Of a DNA stretch of 64,000 nt, positions 38,333 through 50,041 are shown in pieces (within the stretch, counting starts at the first letter, position 1; every line of letters starts with the position of its first letter). The notes beneath the pieces are model-generated. The model did not search any database. It saw only the letters and a program-made list of their open reading frames with translations, and was not told the origin of the DNA. The stretch comes from Squalus acanthias (lineage: Eukaryota), in assembly GCA_030390025.1 (NCBI GenBank), contig CM059443.1:63302001-63366000 (forward strand), in the 5' to 3' direction. A program made the position numbers and the translations under genes.

Positions 38333-39076
38333 GGCCCAAAAATTCGTGAGGAAGCCTTCGTGCGAGGGTAAGGCTTCCCCGCGATCTCTCACTGCGCGTT
38401 GGCTTTTTCAGTTCCAGCTCGCACGAACTTGATGTTCTGGACAGCTGCTGTGCTGGGCTTCCGTATCCCACAGGCGTAGTTAATTCGTGCGAGCTGTGGG
38501 ATCACGTGACTCAGTTAGAGCCAATGGCAGCACACCATCTTCCATTCATAACTTTCACATAAGTGCTGTGAAAGCTATGAATACTATAGCCCCCCAAAAG
38601 ACCAGCTAAACCTCAATTAAATTTTTTTTAAAAACCATCACATTAATAAAATAAGTATAGTTAAATAAATTAACCATTTTAAATAAAAAATTAAATTTTT
38701 GAAAAAATTAAAAATCTTTTAAAAAGTTATAAAAATAAACTTACCTGTCTTTAAAGTCTCTAAAAAAGATATACCTGTTAAAAAAAATTCAAAATAATAC
38801 TTAATTCACTACTTACCTTGTTAAAAGTGGGTCTTACTCCTCCTTTTTTTGTGTGTAAAATCTTCCATACTTACCTGCGCGTTGAAACCACTAAGTGCAC
38901 TGCATGCGCGCAGCCTGTAGCGCGCACGCGGTTTACCTAGGAACCGCCCCCTTTTCCATTCACCAAGTGCCGGTTTTCAGCGCATGCGCAGTGCATGCAG
39001 AAAACCGGCAATTGGAGACAGAATACGCGAGAGTACACAGTGCGTACTCTCGCGTATCAACACAAATTTTTGGGCC
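38333..39076. mobile_element. Non-autonomous Harbinger-like transposon, copy 1
   Basis: 16-bp TIRs GGCCCAAAAATTYGTG, ATT TSD; highly similar to 43275-44016. Confidence 0.85.
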
Positions 39077-39129
39077 ATTATTAGCCTGTAATTCCAGCCA
39101 ACTTCTCCCTTCTTATCCATAGCTTTGTA

Positions 39130-39493
39130 CAGGAAACTCTTTATTAACCGGCACCGACAGGACTGGCGTGGTGCCGGTTAATCAAAAAGTCCGGATAACG
39201 GAGAGTTATATCTCCCAACGTACGAGAGCCCCGTACACACTGACATGCGCCTGCATTCGGAGCTCCGTCTCCCCGGGGACCGCCAGCTGACCATCTGTCG
39301 TGTCCGCTGCCTACCCGGGCTGCACATTCCCCTCCCAATCTACATGCTCCGATACAAGGCAAATGCCTCTGGGGTTTTTTTGAAGTTATTTTTAAAGGAG
39401 AGATGAAGGAAAACCCCGGTTACCTACTCAAGAATTTTGCCGGTTAAGAGAGATTTCCGGTTATTTGGGTGCCGGTTAAAAGAGAGTTTCCTG
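39130..39493. mobile_element. pogo/Tigger-like MITE
   Basis: 26-bp TIRs CAGGAAACTCT..TTAACCGGCACC (2 mismatches), TA TSD, subterminal CCGGTTA repeats. Confidence 0.88.
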
Positions 39494-39720
39494 TAACTTG
39501 TGTCCCCTTTAACACTGAGTAATATGCTTGGATCAATTTTGTCAATTCCCTTCAAACTCTTAGAAATTTCAATTAGGTCACCTCGAACCCTCCTTGTTTT
39601 CCAAAGGAAACAAACCCAATTTCTTTAATCTTTGCCTGCCAGTCAGGGAGTACTCATATTTACGTTATTTCTCCAATCAGATTTTTAAAAATTGGAAGCA
39701 ATACAAATATTTGTACCTAC

Positions 39721-39873
39721 CAACACATTGCACAAGGAACAATGTTTTTTGCGTTCATACGGAGTAAGTTTGGGAGCGTAGTCAGTGTTAGCATGTCTCC
39801 CGCTGCTAAGCTCAGCGGCTTTCTCTTTCCGTTGTTCTATCTGCTCCATGTGCCTCCGGCTGCTCTCATCATG
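39721..39873 (-). CDS. SCAPER: SCAPER internal exon (HDESSRRHMEQIEQRKEKAAELSSGRHANTDYAPKLTPYERKKHCSLCNVL); N-half of C2H2 zinc finger
   Basis: 153 nt, attcAG/GTAGGT, phase 0-0; CxxC. Confidence 0.95.
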
Positions 39874-40096
39874 CTGAATAGAAGACAAAACAGGTGGAGA
39901 GGTCACTGTCTACAAACACCAACAGCAGTTCACGTTCTTGCGCTGGCTCTCAGCTCAAGTTAAATTTAAAATCCAGCATTTTCCCCAAAGCTATTTGTTT
40001 GGTGTATTAAAACTTTTTGTTCTGCTTTTAAATTTGGTTTCCTGACTGCACAGACCCAGCTCTGTGTGACTCCTGATAAACTCTGAGCTGTACCAA

Positions 40097-40677
40097 TTGA
40101 TTCCTGGGATGAGCGGCTTGACCTATGAGCAGAGATCGAGTAGAATGGGCCTACACTCTCTGGAGTTTAGAAGAATGAGAGGTGATCTCACTGAAATGTA
40201 TAAAACCCTTAGAAGGCTTGACAGGGAAGATGCTGAGAGGCTGTTTCCCCTGGCTGGAGAGTCTAGAACCAGGGTGTCATAGGCCACGATTTCCCCTACC
40301 TCGGTGGGTCCGGTGCAGCCGGGGTGCGAACCCGCTGCTGGCTCCAGCCCGCTGTCCAAAGTGATCTTATGCTGACAGGGCTCGTTAAGCCCACCCAGCA
40401 CGTTTCCCAGGCCAATTGAAGGAAGCGGGTCTGATGACGTCACTTGATGAAGCGTCATCAGCCGGTTTCCTTAAAGGGACCATGCGCAAATTGATTTTGA
40501 CAGTAGTGCTGTCAGTGTTCTACAGCACGGAGGTTCTGCAAATACTGACAAGCACTGCAGAGGTGCACGCCTGCACCCAGGCTCTCCCATGACTCCCTCC
40601 ATATATGATCTTATTGAATGGCGGAGCAGGCTTGAGGGGCCATATGGCCTACTCCTGCTCCTACTTCCTATGTTATG
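40097..40677 (+). mobile_element. CR1 fragment interrupted by a GC-rich insert (~40280-40600)
   Basis: CR1 coding 40097-40275 (IPGMSGLTYEQR..LEFRRMRGDL..LFPLAGESRTR); CR1 tail resumes at ~40604. Confidence 0.75.
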
Positions 40678-41582
40678 TTGACATAACCCCTATATTCCCC
40701 TCAAAACATTTCTCCTCCATGCCCTCACTGCCACCTCCAGTGTGCCCGTGGGCTCCATCCCTGCTACAGTCCTATTTAACATGTCTAAGTTACACATGTA
40801 TGCCAACAGCACCCAACGTTACTCTCCGCCACCAACTTCAATTCTAGGATTGTTGCTGTACTATCTGACTGCCTGGTCGATCTTCTTTTCAGAAAACCTA
40901 CACAGCCTTGCCCCAGCCGTTTTGGGAAAACTTTCAAGCCATACATCCCAACCTTCCTTGGACTCTGAATAACTTCAACCTATTCCGTTGTTTTTCATCC
41001 TGTGTTTTCTTTTTTGCTTGTCCATGTCCTGCACTAAAGACCTGTTACCTAGTTTCTCAACTAAAAGAAAAAGTAACAGTAGATGAACCAAGATTTTAAT
41101 TTTCCATACTCCTATCTATGATATTGATCTACTTTTATAGAATCAGTGTAGCCATGAATTCTATGCAGCCAGTTTCTATTATTAAGCTTTAACCATCACC
41201 CGCCGCATCGCTACGACTGAAACCAAATAGGACGATGTGTGCCGATTGTCTTGGTTTTAAGTTATCTCCAGTTTCTACAACTAGGTAATAGCAATAGGAA
41301 GTGGGGTGACTAGCTTTTAGTGGTTCACCAATGGTTGAATAATTAGCATCTGATTCTGGCAACTACTTAAAGGCCCAGGCTTCCCCATTTATTATAGTTC
41401 CTTTTTCAAAAGTTGGATTCCTTGTTCGGTTTTAAAATAATATTTGTTAGGACACAGAGTATTCCATTTTTAAGCTGCTATTTCTGTCTATTTTCTGCGG
41501 CTGGCATTCTGCACCTTTTTCCCCCTCATTCTTTCCTCCATTCCTTGAAAAACAAAAATCGGCTAGTAAAAGTGCTCAGAAA

Positions 41583-42057
41583 GTGTCAGCCGTGGCTCAA
41601 TGGGTAGCACCCTCGCCTATGAGGCAGAAGGTTGTGGGGTCAAGTCCCACTCAAGACACTTGAGCACAGAAATCTAGGCTGACACTTCAGTGCAGTGCTG
41701 AGGGAGTGCTGCACTGTCGGAGGTGCAGTCTTTCGGATGAGACATTAAACCGAGGCCCCCTCTGCCCTCTCAGGTGGACGTAACCAATCCCATGGCACTA
41801 TTTCGAAGAAGAGCTGGGGAGTTCTCCCCGGTGTCCTGGGGCCAATATTTATCCCTCAATCAACGTCACTAAAAACAGATTATCTGGTCATTATCACATT
41901 GCTGTTTGTGGGAGCCTGCTGTGCGCAAATTGGCTGCCGCGTTTCCTACATTACAACAACAGTGGCCACACTTCAAAAAGTACTTCATTGGCTGTAAAGC
42001 GCTTTGGGACGTCAGGTGTCCGTGAAAGGCGCTGTAGAAATGCAAGTCTTTCTTTTT
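41583..42057 (+). mobile_element. Full-length Deu-SINE (SacSINE1-like)
   Basis: tRNA head with A/B boxes, Deu core, L2-like tail GAAAGGCGCTGTAGAAATGCAAGTCTTT. Confidence 0.9.
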
Positions 42058-43003
42058 AATGTCGTAGTTGGATGGCATCGCTGGCTTTATTTGTTTGAAA
42101 TGTTGTGTACTTGACCAGTTTGGATACCTTGCGATTGGCCTCCTTTCCTGCCTTTGATGCCAAACGGTCTCATTTCCTATGGAGCAGCTCAGCTGACTTC
42201 AGCTCAGTGGTTCCTCCCCGACTGTGAAGACCTGGCCTGGTGGGTGTCTGTGGGCTGGGAATTAGCTAAAACATCAAGCAACTCCCCAACGCACCAAGCA
42301 ATTTCTTTTGAATTGTATTTTAGCCTTGGGGGGAGTACTTCATCTTCTCTCTCAAGAGTAGAAATGGCATGAAAAATGAAAAAAATAAAAATGCAGAGTG
42401 GTTTTGTGTCATTGAATAGACTCAAACTGCCTAACATTTTGAAATTGTGATATTGGTAGGAGCTGGTGAGGGCTCGCTCAGTTAACATCCTCAAAGCTAA
42501 TCTAAATGCCTGCCCTACTACGACTCTCCCACATTTACTTCAAGGCCTAAAGAGGGAAATGAGCAATACCCTATGATAAATGCAAAGTTATACACGGACA
42601 AATGGGAGTGTCTCACGAGAATTACCTGAACTAACAGGAATTCAGGAATGGGATGCTTGAGTGCCAGTCTTAAAAATAAAACAAGCAAACTCATTAAGAA
42701 CCCTACATCATTTGACGTCCTCTCCAACGCAGTTCCTGGTGTTGGAAAGGTGCCAGATGGCATAATTGTTGCAGCAATGTGAAGTGGATTGGTTCTGTAC
42801 CAGGTGGCACCATGATGCCATGTAATGCATGTGTTCAGTTGCATCTAATTTCAGGATAGCGACTAAAAGGCCGAGACCCCAACCCAGCAGAGTCCTCAAT
42901 AATCGTCGGCCCTTGCATACTAATCGAACAAGAACTGCAACACATACAAACATAGCGACGAGTGCTTGCGAGGATCAGCAACGAATGCTCCGTTACATCA
43001 TAC

Positions 43004-43085
43004 CTTCAGCTGTATTTTTTTCTGCAGTTCCTCCATAGCTTCTTGCTGTGCTGCGCTAAGTGCAGCCAGCCTCTCCTCTCGTTCC
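43004..43085 (-). CDS. SCAPER: SCAPER internal exon (EREERLAALSAAQQEAMEELQKKIQLK)
   Basis: 82 nt, ggcAG/GTATGA, phase 2-0. Confidence 0.95.
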
Positions 43086-43274
43086 CTGCCAATGAAGTAA
43101 CAGTCATTAGGAAATTAACACAGAAGAAAAATGGCATGATAGACGGAAGTTGTGCAGTAAAGATGCTTGGATTTGTTCTAACTAATTCCTTACCATGGGA
43201 CGGGAGTACGTGGGAGGGTTACCGAATGGGAGGAGCCAGGTTGAAACAAATCACTTTACAGGGTGAGAAATTAT

Positions 43275-44016
43275 GGCCCAGAAATTGATCTCGCTCTGTT
43301 CCCGCGGGGGTAAGGCTTCCCCGCGATCTCTCACTCCGCGTTGGCTTTTTCAGATCCAGCTCGCACGAACTTGATGTTCAAGACATCAGCTGGGCAGTGC
43401 TTGCGTATCCCACCGGCGTAGTGAATTCGTGCGAGCTGTGGGATCACGTGACTCAGTTAGAGCCAATGGCAGCACACCATCTTCCATTCATAAGTTTCAC
43501 ATACGTGCTGTGAAAGCTATGAATCTTACACCCCCCCAAAATAACAGCTAAACCTCAATTAAATTTTTTTTAAAAACCATCACATTAATAAAATAAGTAT
43601 AGTTAAATAAAGTAACCATTTTAAATAAAATATTAAATTTTTGAAAAAATTTAAAATCTTTTAAAGTTATAAAAATAAACTTACCTGTCTTTAAAGTCTC
43701 TAAAAAAGATATACCTGTTAAAAAAAATTCAAAAAAATACTTAATTCACTACTTACCTTGTTAAAAGTGGGTCTTACTCCTCCTTTTTCCATTTCTAAAA
43801 TCTTCCGTCCTTACCTGCGCGTCCAAAGCACGAAGTGCACAGCGTGCGCGCAGCCTGTAGCGCGCACGCGATGCACCGAGGAACCGCCCCCTTTTCCAAA
43901 GACCAAGTGCCGGTTTTCAGCGCATGCGCAGGGCATGCAGAAAACCGGCAATTGGAGAGAGAATACGCGAGAGTACGCAGTGCGTACTCTCGAGCAGCGG
44001 GATCAATTTTTGGCCC
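43275..44016. mobile_element. Non-autonomous Harbinger-like transposon, copy 2
   Basis: 21-bp imperfect TIRs GGCCCAGAAATTGATCTCGCT, TAT TSD; same interior as 38333-39076. Confidence 0.85.
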
Positions 44017-44455
44017 TATGTCTCCGAGCACGTACTCCTGTCTGTTTAACAAACAGACTTCGGTAAAATGACTACACATGCAGCATCAGACATTCCCAAA
44101 TAAGTTTTGAATACTTATAAGTATATTTAACTATGCTTAATACTTTAGTAATAGTGCATATTTGCAATGTAGCCCTGTGAATGTTGGCAGGGTATTAAAT
44201 CATGGACGGCATCACCACTAACCCGACCCTGCCCTACAATTTGCACTCTCCAGCAAGTGTAACTGAATAGCAATTGGGACCAGGAAACCTAGGCGGTATT
44301 TTCCCTCCCTCACCCGGGGATACAGAGAACCATGCTAGTGGCCCAAATGCTGCCACCAGTGAGATCAACTAACTCAAATCTGGGGCCTTGTCTTACTGCT
44401 ACACCATCTGGCTTTAGGGAGCTGCACAGAAATCAGCTTAACACAGGCCACAAAC

Positions 44456-44598
44456 CTGGCTCTTTCACGTGCAGCGTCTTCCCTTGCTCTCTCTTTCTCT
44501 TGTCGCTGTTGCTCGATTCGTGCCTCCTGTTCTCTCCTTTTCAACATCAGTTCCTCCACACGGGCCTGACGCTCTGCCTCCAGTGCTCGTTTGCGTTC
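44456..44598 (-). CDS. SCAPER: SCAPER internal exon (ERKRALEAERQARVEELMLKRREQEARIEQQRQEKERAREDAARERA-R)
   Basis: 143 nt, tgcAG/GTTTGT, phase 0-2. Confidence 0.95.
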
Positions 44599-46638
44599 CT
44601 GCATTCAGCCACATAATTTTTACATAAGAGGTTTTTTTTTATATTGCAAGGAAGATCAAAAATAATTTCATACTTTATAAATTTTCATTGTCTTCTCACT
44701 GAATCCTGACTGGGGTATGCTCCACCATGCCAGCTGCCCTCCAGAAACTCGACCAAATGTATATCATTGATGTGTGACCCGAGACAGTGTCTATTCAACC
44801 TGGGAGAATACTGCAGTCAAACCCAACCATGTCCATACACATAGTTTTCCAGAAGGGTCATTTGATAAAGATCAGGAGCAGCAACCGTGGCCAATTTTGC
44901 CCTCAATAACCTAGGCACACCTCAAGTCAACTTTAACACTGATAACAGGCATTGAAGCTGGGCTTTTCTGGGTCTTTGGCCCAGTTACTCATGGGCTAAA
45001 CTCACTCAACCATTAAAGAAGTTGTATTCAATTTCTGTAATCTCACTCTGATGTTTCAATTTAAATGCTTAGTTCACAAGTGCTTCAAGTACTGCATCAG
45101 TTCCAGTTTCTAGTTAAATAAATCGTAAATATTTTTACAACTTCACACATAGAACGAGATTGATGTTTATAGGATTGGTAATAGAGTGAGGTGACCACAA
45201 ACTCCATGGTACACGATGGTTGATGCTGAAATGGTGGGGCTGGAAAAAAAAAGACTTGTACTTACATGGACACATCTTTGAGAAATCTTAAAATGCTTCA
45301 CTTAATAACTTTCAAGTGCAATTACTATTGTCAAATAATCTCTGAAATGCAATGACTATTACAATTTAGGCAGATCCTCTAGTGTAGTACTGAGGGAGTG
45401 CTGCATTGTCAGAGCACCATCCTTCACTTGCGTTGCTAAACTAAGGCCCCTTCTGCTGGGATCTTGCTGTGTGCACAATGGCTGCTGTGTTTGCATATTT
45501 AACAACAGCGATGTGCTTTCATTGTTTGTGAAGTGCTTTGGGATATTTCTGAAAAATATGATAAGGCCCTATAAAAATACAAGTTTTATTTCTTTTTGTC
45601 ATGCTTTCTTTATGGGCAGGCCACCAGGAGACCTCCCTCTCTGCTTCGAATAGTATCACAGGATCTTTAATTTCCACCTGAACCACCAGTAAAGCAGGGA
45701 GCCTTTGTTTAAAGTCTCAAACCAAAGGTCAGCACCTCCAACAATGCAGTAATTCCTCAGTCTTCACTGGAGAAGGGGCGCTAGCGCTCCACCATTATTC
45801 CACCCACAAGCAAAAAATAATTTGGCTATTTTGTTTTTATTCGATCAAAGGTTTATAAGTAGACTAATTTATACCATCAGCTGTATTATGCAGTTCTTGA
45901 GATAATATCCAACATGAACTTTTGTTTTAAAAAATGAATTATTTCCACTTGTTAGACCGATATAACAGAAATTGGACATTAAGGACCTTCTAACAGCTGC
46001 TTTCCTTCCTACAAAGTTGCTGACTAAATATTTTCTCAGCAACCAAACCACCACCAATGAACAGGAGACAGAACTCAACTATTAAAATGGCCCCTGAATA
46101 CACAGTCATGTCAACGATTGCAGAACCAATGATTTGTACCAATGCACTGAGATGGCATCATGCTTTCTGCAATATCATGAAAGGATGCTGTCGCATTTCA
46201 TGGCAAATCCACTTCCTTTTTATTCCTTTTTTAATATCGATTTGCTCTTAGGCCGCATTTACATGTCAACTGTGGTTTTGCTTAACACTGACACTCAAAT
46301 AAAGCAGAAATCAAGAACCAACCTGACTCCAGAGCAAATTGGAGTAAGAGCAAAGGGAAAACGATTCACAGGCATTACAGTTGTAGAGTAAATGCAGCTT
46401 AAGCTATTAAATTATTGGCAATGTTTATTTCAATTTATACCCATAGTAAACACAGAAACACTTTAGGAAGGTGTTAGACAGGGTGTTTATTCAGAGTGTA
46501 CCTACTCCTAAAAGAATGTTGGAAAATTACTCTAAGTAAGACAAAGCATTGCCTTGTGTTTAAAATGCACTGTTCTTTGGCTGGCCATGTCTTTGAAGCA
46601 GACCCGATATACTTTTTCTTTCTTGGCATGTTTCTAAC

Positions 46639-46794
46639 CTGCACAGCCTCATCCCGTGCTTGCTTCTCCTCCTGCCGACGATGTCGTTCTTCTTGCAATT
46701 CATTCAGCCGCTGCTCGTACTCTTTCAGTTTTGCAAGAACATCATGACGCTTGTTTTGAGCTTCTAATGTGTTGATGAAAGCAATTTCGTTAAC
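46639..46794 (-). CDS. SCAPER: SCAPER internal exon (VNEIAFINTLEAQNKRHDVLAKLKEYEQRLNELQEERHRRQEEKQARDEAVQ)
   Basis: 156 nt, cttcAG/GTTAGA, phase 0-0. Confidence 0.95.
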
Positions 46795-46939
46795 CTGAAG
46801 GGACAGAAAAGATAAACAGGTTACCACTTCCATTACGATACTACGAGCGGCATTTGTAAACCAGACTGTTCATTGGTCAAAGACAGGCTATTTATTTATT
46901 TCCCAAAAGGCCTGTGTTTAAAGGGACCAGTAGATCGCA

Positions 46940-47245
46940 GGCTCACTTCCCTATTTGTGCCGTTAGCTGATCTCAGCTGGCCAGCAAATGACTGTAATTC
47001 ACATAGCCTCAGGCTAAAAATCATGAAGGGATCCCAGTCTTGATCATTGGCCAATGACCTCCTGCTGGGACGCGGACATGAGGTAAGGACATGATTGGGC
47101 TCGACTGTGGTACCTACTAAGGTCGAATAACCTACTGGTCCTCACTGCCTGGGTTTATACATGAAGGAGGGCCATTTGGGTGAGGTACCAGAAGGCTGTT
47201 GATGCCCATGGAACAATACCTTAAAAAGAGTCAGAGCTTTCAGGA
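46940..47245 (+). mobile_element. Ancient tRNA-derived SINE (AmnSINE2-like, tentative)
   Basis: GTTAGCTGATCTCAGC...ACATGAAGGAGGCCATTTGGGTGAGGTACC. Confidence 0.6.
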
Positions 47246-48719
47246 GAAGAGGGAAGAAAAGAGGAATAAGAGGGAAAATTTAATAAAAGTAGTTGACATA
47301 TTTGATTATGTGTCAAGATTATTTTCCCTATTTTAAATTTTATAATTCTTCTTCGATTTTTGTTCAAGTTCTGACAGAGATCTAACACACCTCAGGATTT
47401 GGATGGCAATGATAAATTGCATGAGCTTTGTTCTCGCGGTTTATCATGTTATCCAAAGCCCGCAATGTAATATACTGGCTAATGCAGCCCAGGGGTTATC
47501 CTATATGTAAACAATCTTTGTTAGGGTACTGCTGAGATATGTGTGACAAATCTAAAGCTTACACTTCCAAATTAAAACAGCGGTCTCTTTCGGACCTGTT
47601 GACAGACACTGACATCATGCAAACGCGGCTGATATTTCCCTTCTGCCCAAGTGTATGCTGAAACAATATACACCGTGCTGAGCTCTTAATCCCTTATTAA
47701 TTCTAGATCAAAAATGCAAAAATTAAACCCTTCACTGGATGACAAGGGTATCTCAGAATTGATAATGTGTTTGCGAACAGACTGATGACCTTTTTTCCAG
47801 AGTTGTCCAGACAGCCCTCATTTTATATGCTACACTCTGCAGTCTGAACTGTTAGGCTGTGGAAAGCAGAGTGGATTTAAAAAAAAATCTATCCTGTGTT
47901 GTCCCTTATAGTGATAAAATAGGGCTAATTGCTGACAAGCAACTTTTTAATTTAACTAAAAATCTTGGGGCTAGGTTATGTATTGCACAAGGACAGTTAT
48001 GAGGGTTGGGTCAAAACCTACCTCTTCAGCAACATCAGCCCCGTAACCACTCTGATATTAATTCAAGTACTAGCGAGGATTTGCTGCAGCTACCATTTCT
48101 ATAGTGGCTCCCAGCAAATCATCAGGATTCATTTCGGGAAACATTTGTATTTTCTTATTGTTGTCTTCAGCTGCATCCAATGGCTATGCTCATAGAATCA
48201 TAGAATGATACAGCACAGGAGGCCATTCGGCCCATCGTTCCTGTGCCGGTATGGTGGTAGCAATACCGCTGTGTGGCTGCGGTAGCAATGTTTGTATTTG
48301 TGTTAGTTAACTGAATCAGTTGACATTTCTGGCTTGGGAATCTTGTGTACTGCTGCTGTTTTTCCTCAGTGACGCTACTTAATGTTAGGCTATCCTGATT
48401 GAAACAGAGGCAGGGAAAGGGGGAAGGGGAGAAAAGAACAAAAGGGAAGGTCTTTGATGGGGTGGAAGGCAGGAGAGATTAAATGACAAAAAGGATGATG
48501 GTGCAAGGCAAAAGGACCGCTGTTCATGGCCCCCAGAGCCACTAGGATAATTCAGGCTCAACACGAGAAGAATGACCATTAACATTCTGGGATTTCTGTC
48601 CAAGCAACATCAAAATTTCAGCATCTAGCCCTCCCCCAGCCCCCAGCTTAAACAGTTGTTCCATGACCACTGTTGAGAGTCAAGACCTTCCAGTTAGCAC
48701 ATCCAGAATGGTACCAGAC

Positions 48720-48860
48720 CTTGGCTTCTTCCTCCTGTGCCTTTTTCACTATTGCTTGCAGCTGCAGCTCCCGTTTAAGCTCTGCATGGAGCAGCTTTTC
48801 CTCCATCATCCTCCTCCTCTGCTCCAGCAGCTCTTCCTTCCATTTCCGCACTTCCTTCTC
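48720..48860 (-). CDS. SCAPER: SCAPER internal exon (EKEVRKWKEELLEQRRRMMEEKLLHAELKRELQLQAIVKKAQEEEAK)
   Basis: 141 nt, tctttAG/GTCTGG, phase 0-0; coiled-coil. Confidence 0.95.
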
Positions 48861-49735
48861 CTAAAGACATTCAGGATACAAGTCAGGCAATTCTTCACTT
48901 CCAACACCAGTTTTTCACTTGCATAATTACCGGTAGTAAAAAACTAAAGCAGCACTCTGCTTTGCTTCAGACAGGTCAAGCCCTAACTCTGGGTCTACGC
49001 TACATCTTTAGCATTGGTACCAAGCAAGACTATTTTGCAACAATGCAACAGTTAGTGTAAATAAAGCCAAAATGTGATGAGCATGGATCAGCTGTAAGGC
49101 ACGAGCTCCAGCAGCAAAAATGCAAAGGAGAGTTTCTTTCTAGGATTGAATTAACACAGGTTCAGTTAGACTTTTTATTTGTTATAACAATTAGCAAGTT
49201 GAAATTCAGTTTCCTGTAACGTGTAACCTAACAGAGACATGTTGCTAGCAAAATGCTTTTAGAACTTCAGCCAGCTTTGCTCATGATGCTGAAGGGACAC
49301 TCTCACCTACGGACAGCATTAAGCACTCCCAGGTCAGGCATATTACCGTCAGCTGCAGAAAGTTCATTGCACTCTGCCCTAACAATATGCCTCAATCTCA
49401 ATCCCAGAAGATCATTCCTACACCATCAGTGTGACATTATTCTACTTTACATGCCAGTCATCATGTGGCTTTTCTAACTAGAATTGCCGAATTAGAGCTA
49501 ATTAGCAGTAGCTTTGTTTTGTTCTTTGCGCCCAATGAAAACTGAGACTGCCCAAGCGCGACATATAAGACCCCTGCTGCCAGTAGACTGAGGAAACATT
49601 CAGCCCATCGCTCTGGGCTGCATTCACACCTCACCCTATTGGCAAGAGGTTAGTGTCTATTTGACCGTGCCATCCACTTCCCCCAGCTGAATGTTTTCAA
49701 CTCTCGCTGGTCTGAACAGATGTTGTCCTACTTAC

Positions 49736-49847
49736 CCGCTCCAACAATTTCTGTAGTTTCAGCGTTTGCTCCTCTCGTAGCTTTTCACGGAGTTGCTGGG
49801 CTTTTAGCTGCTTTTCCTCGTGTTTCTTTTTTGATTCTGCAATTGTC
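49736..49847 (-). CDS. SCAPER: SCAPER internal exon (TIAESKKKHEEKQLKAQQLREKLREEQTLKLQKLLER)
   Basis: 112 nt, gacAG/GTAAGT, phase 2-0. Confidence 0.95.
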
Positions 49848-50041
49848 CTGTCAGCAGGAAATTTGAAACGCAATTTTAAAATTACCGTGGAGACCAAATG
49901 CTTTTACATACAATAAACGTTCCAGCTTAAAATCCCGCGCATTGGTTTACTCTGCAGATAACTGCACGCAATGCAAAATTATAGCTCATCGAGAATTCTG
50001 CGCTGCAGTGAGCAACTGGTTTAATGAGTATTTTTAATCAC

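Noticed and set aside
41583-41655. tRNA gene
   Set aside because: It is the tRNA-derived head of a SINE and continues into the Deu domain; the same applies to 5147 and 17967
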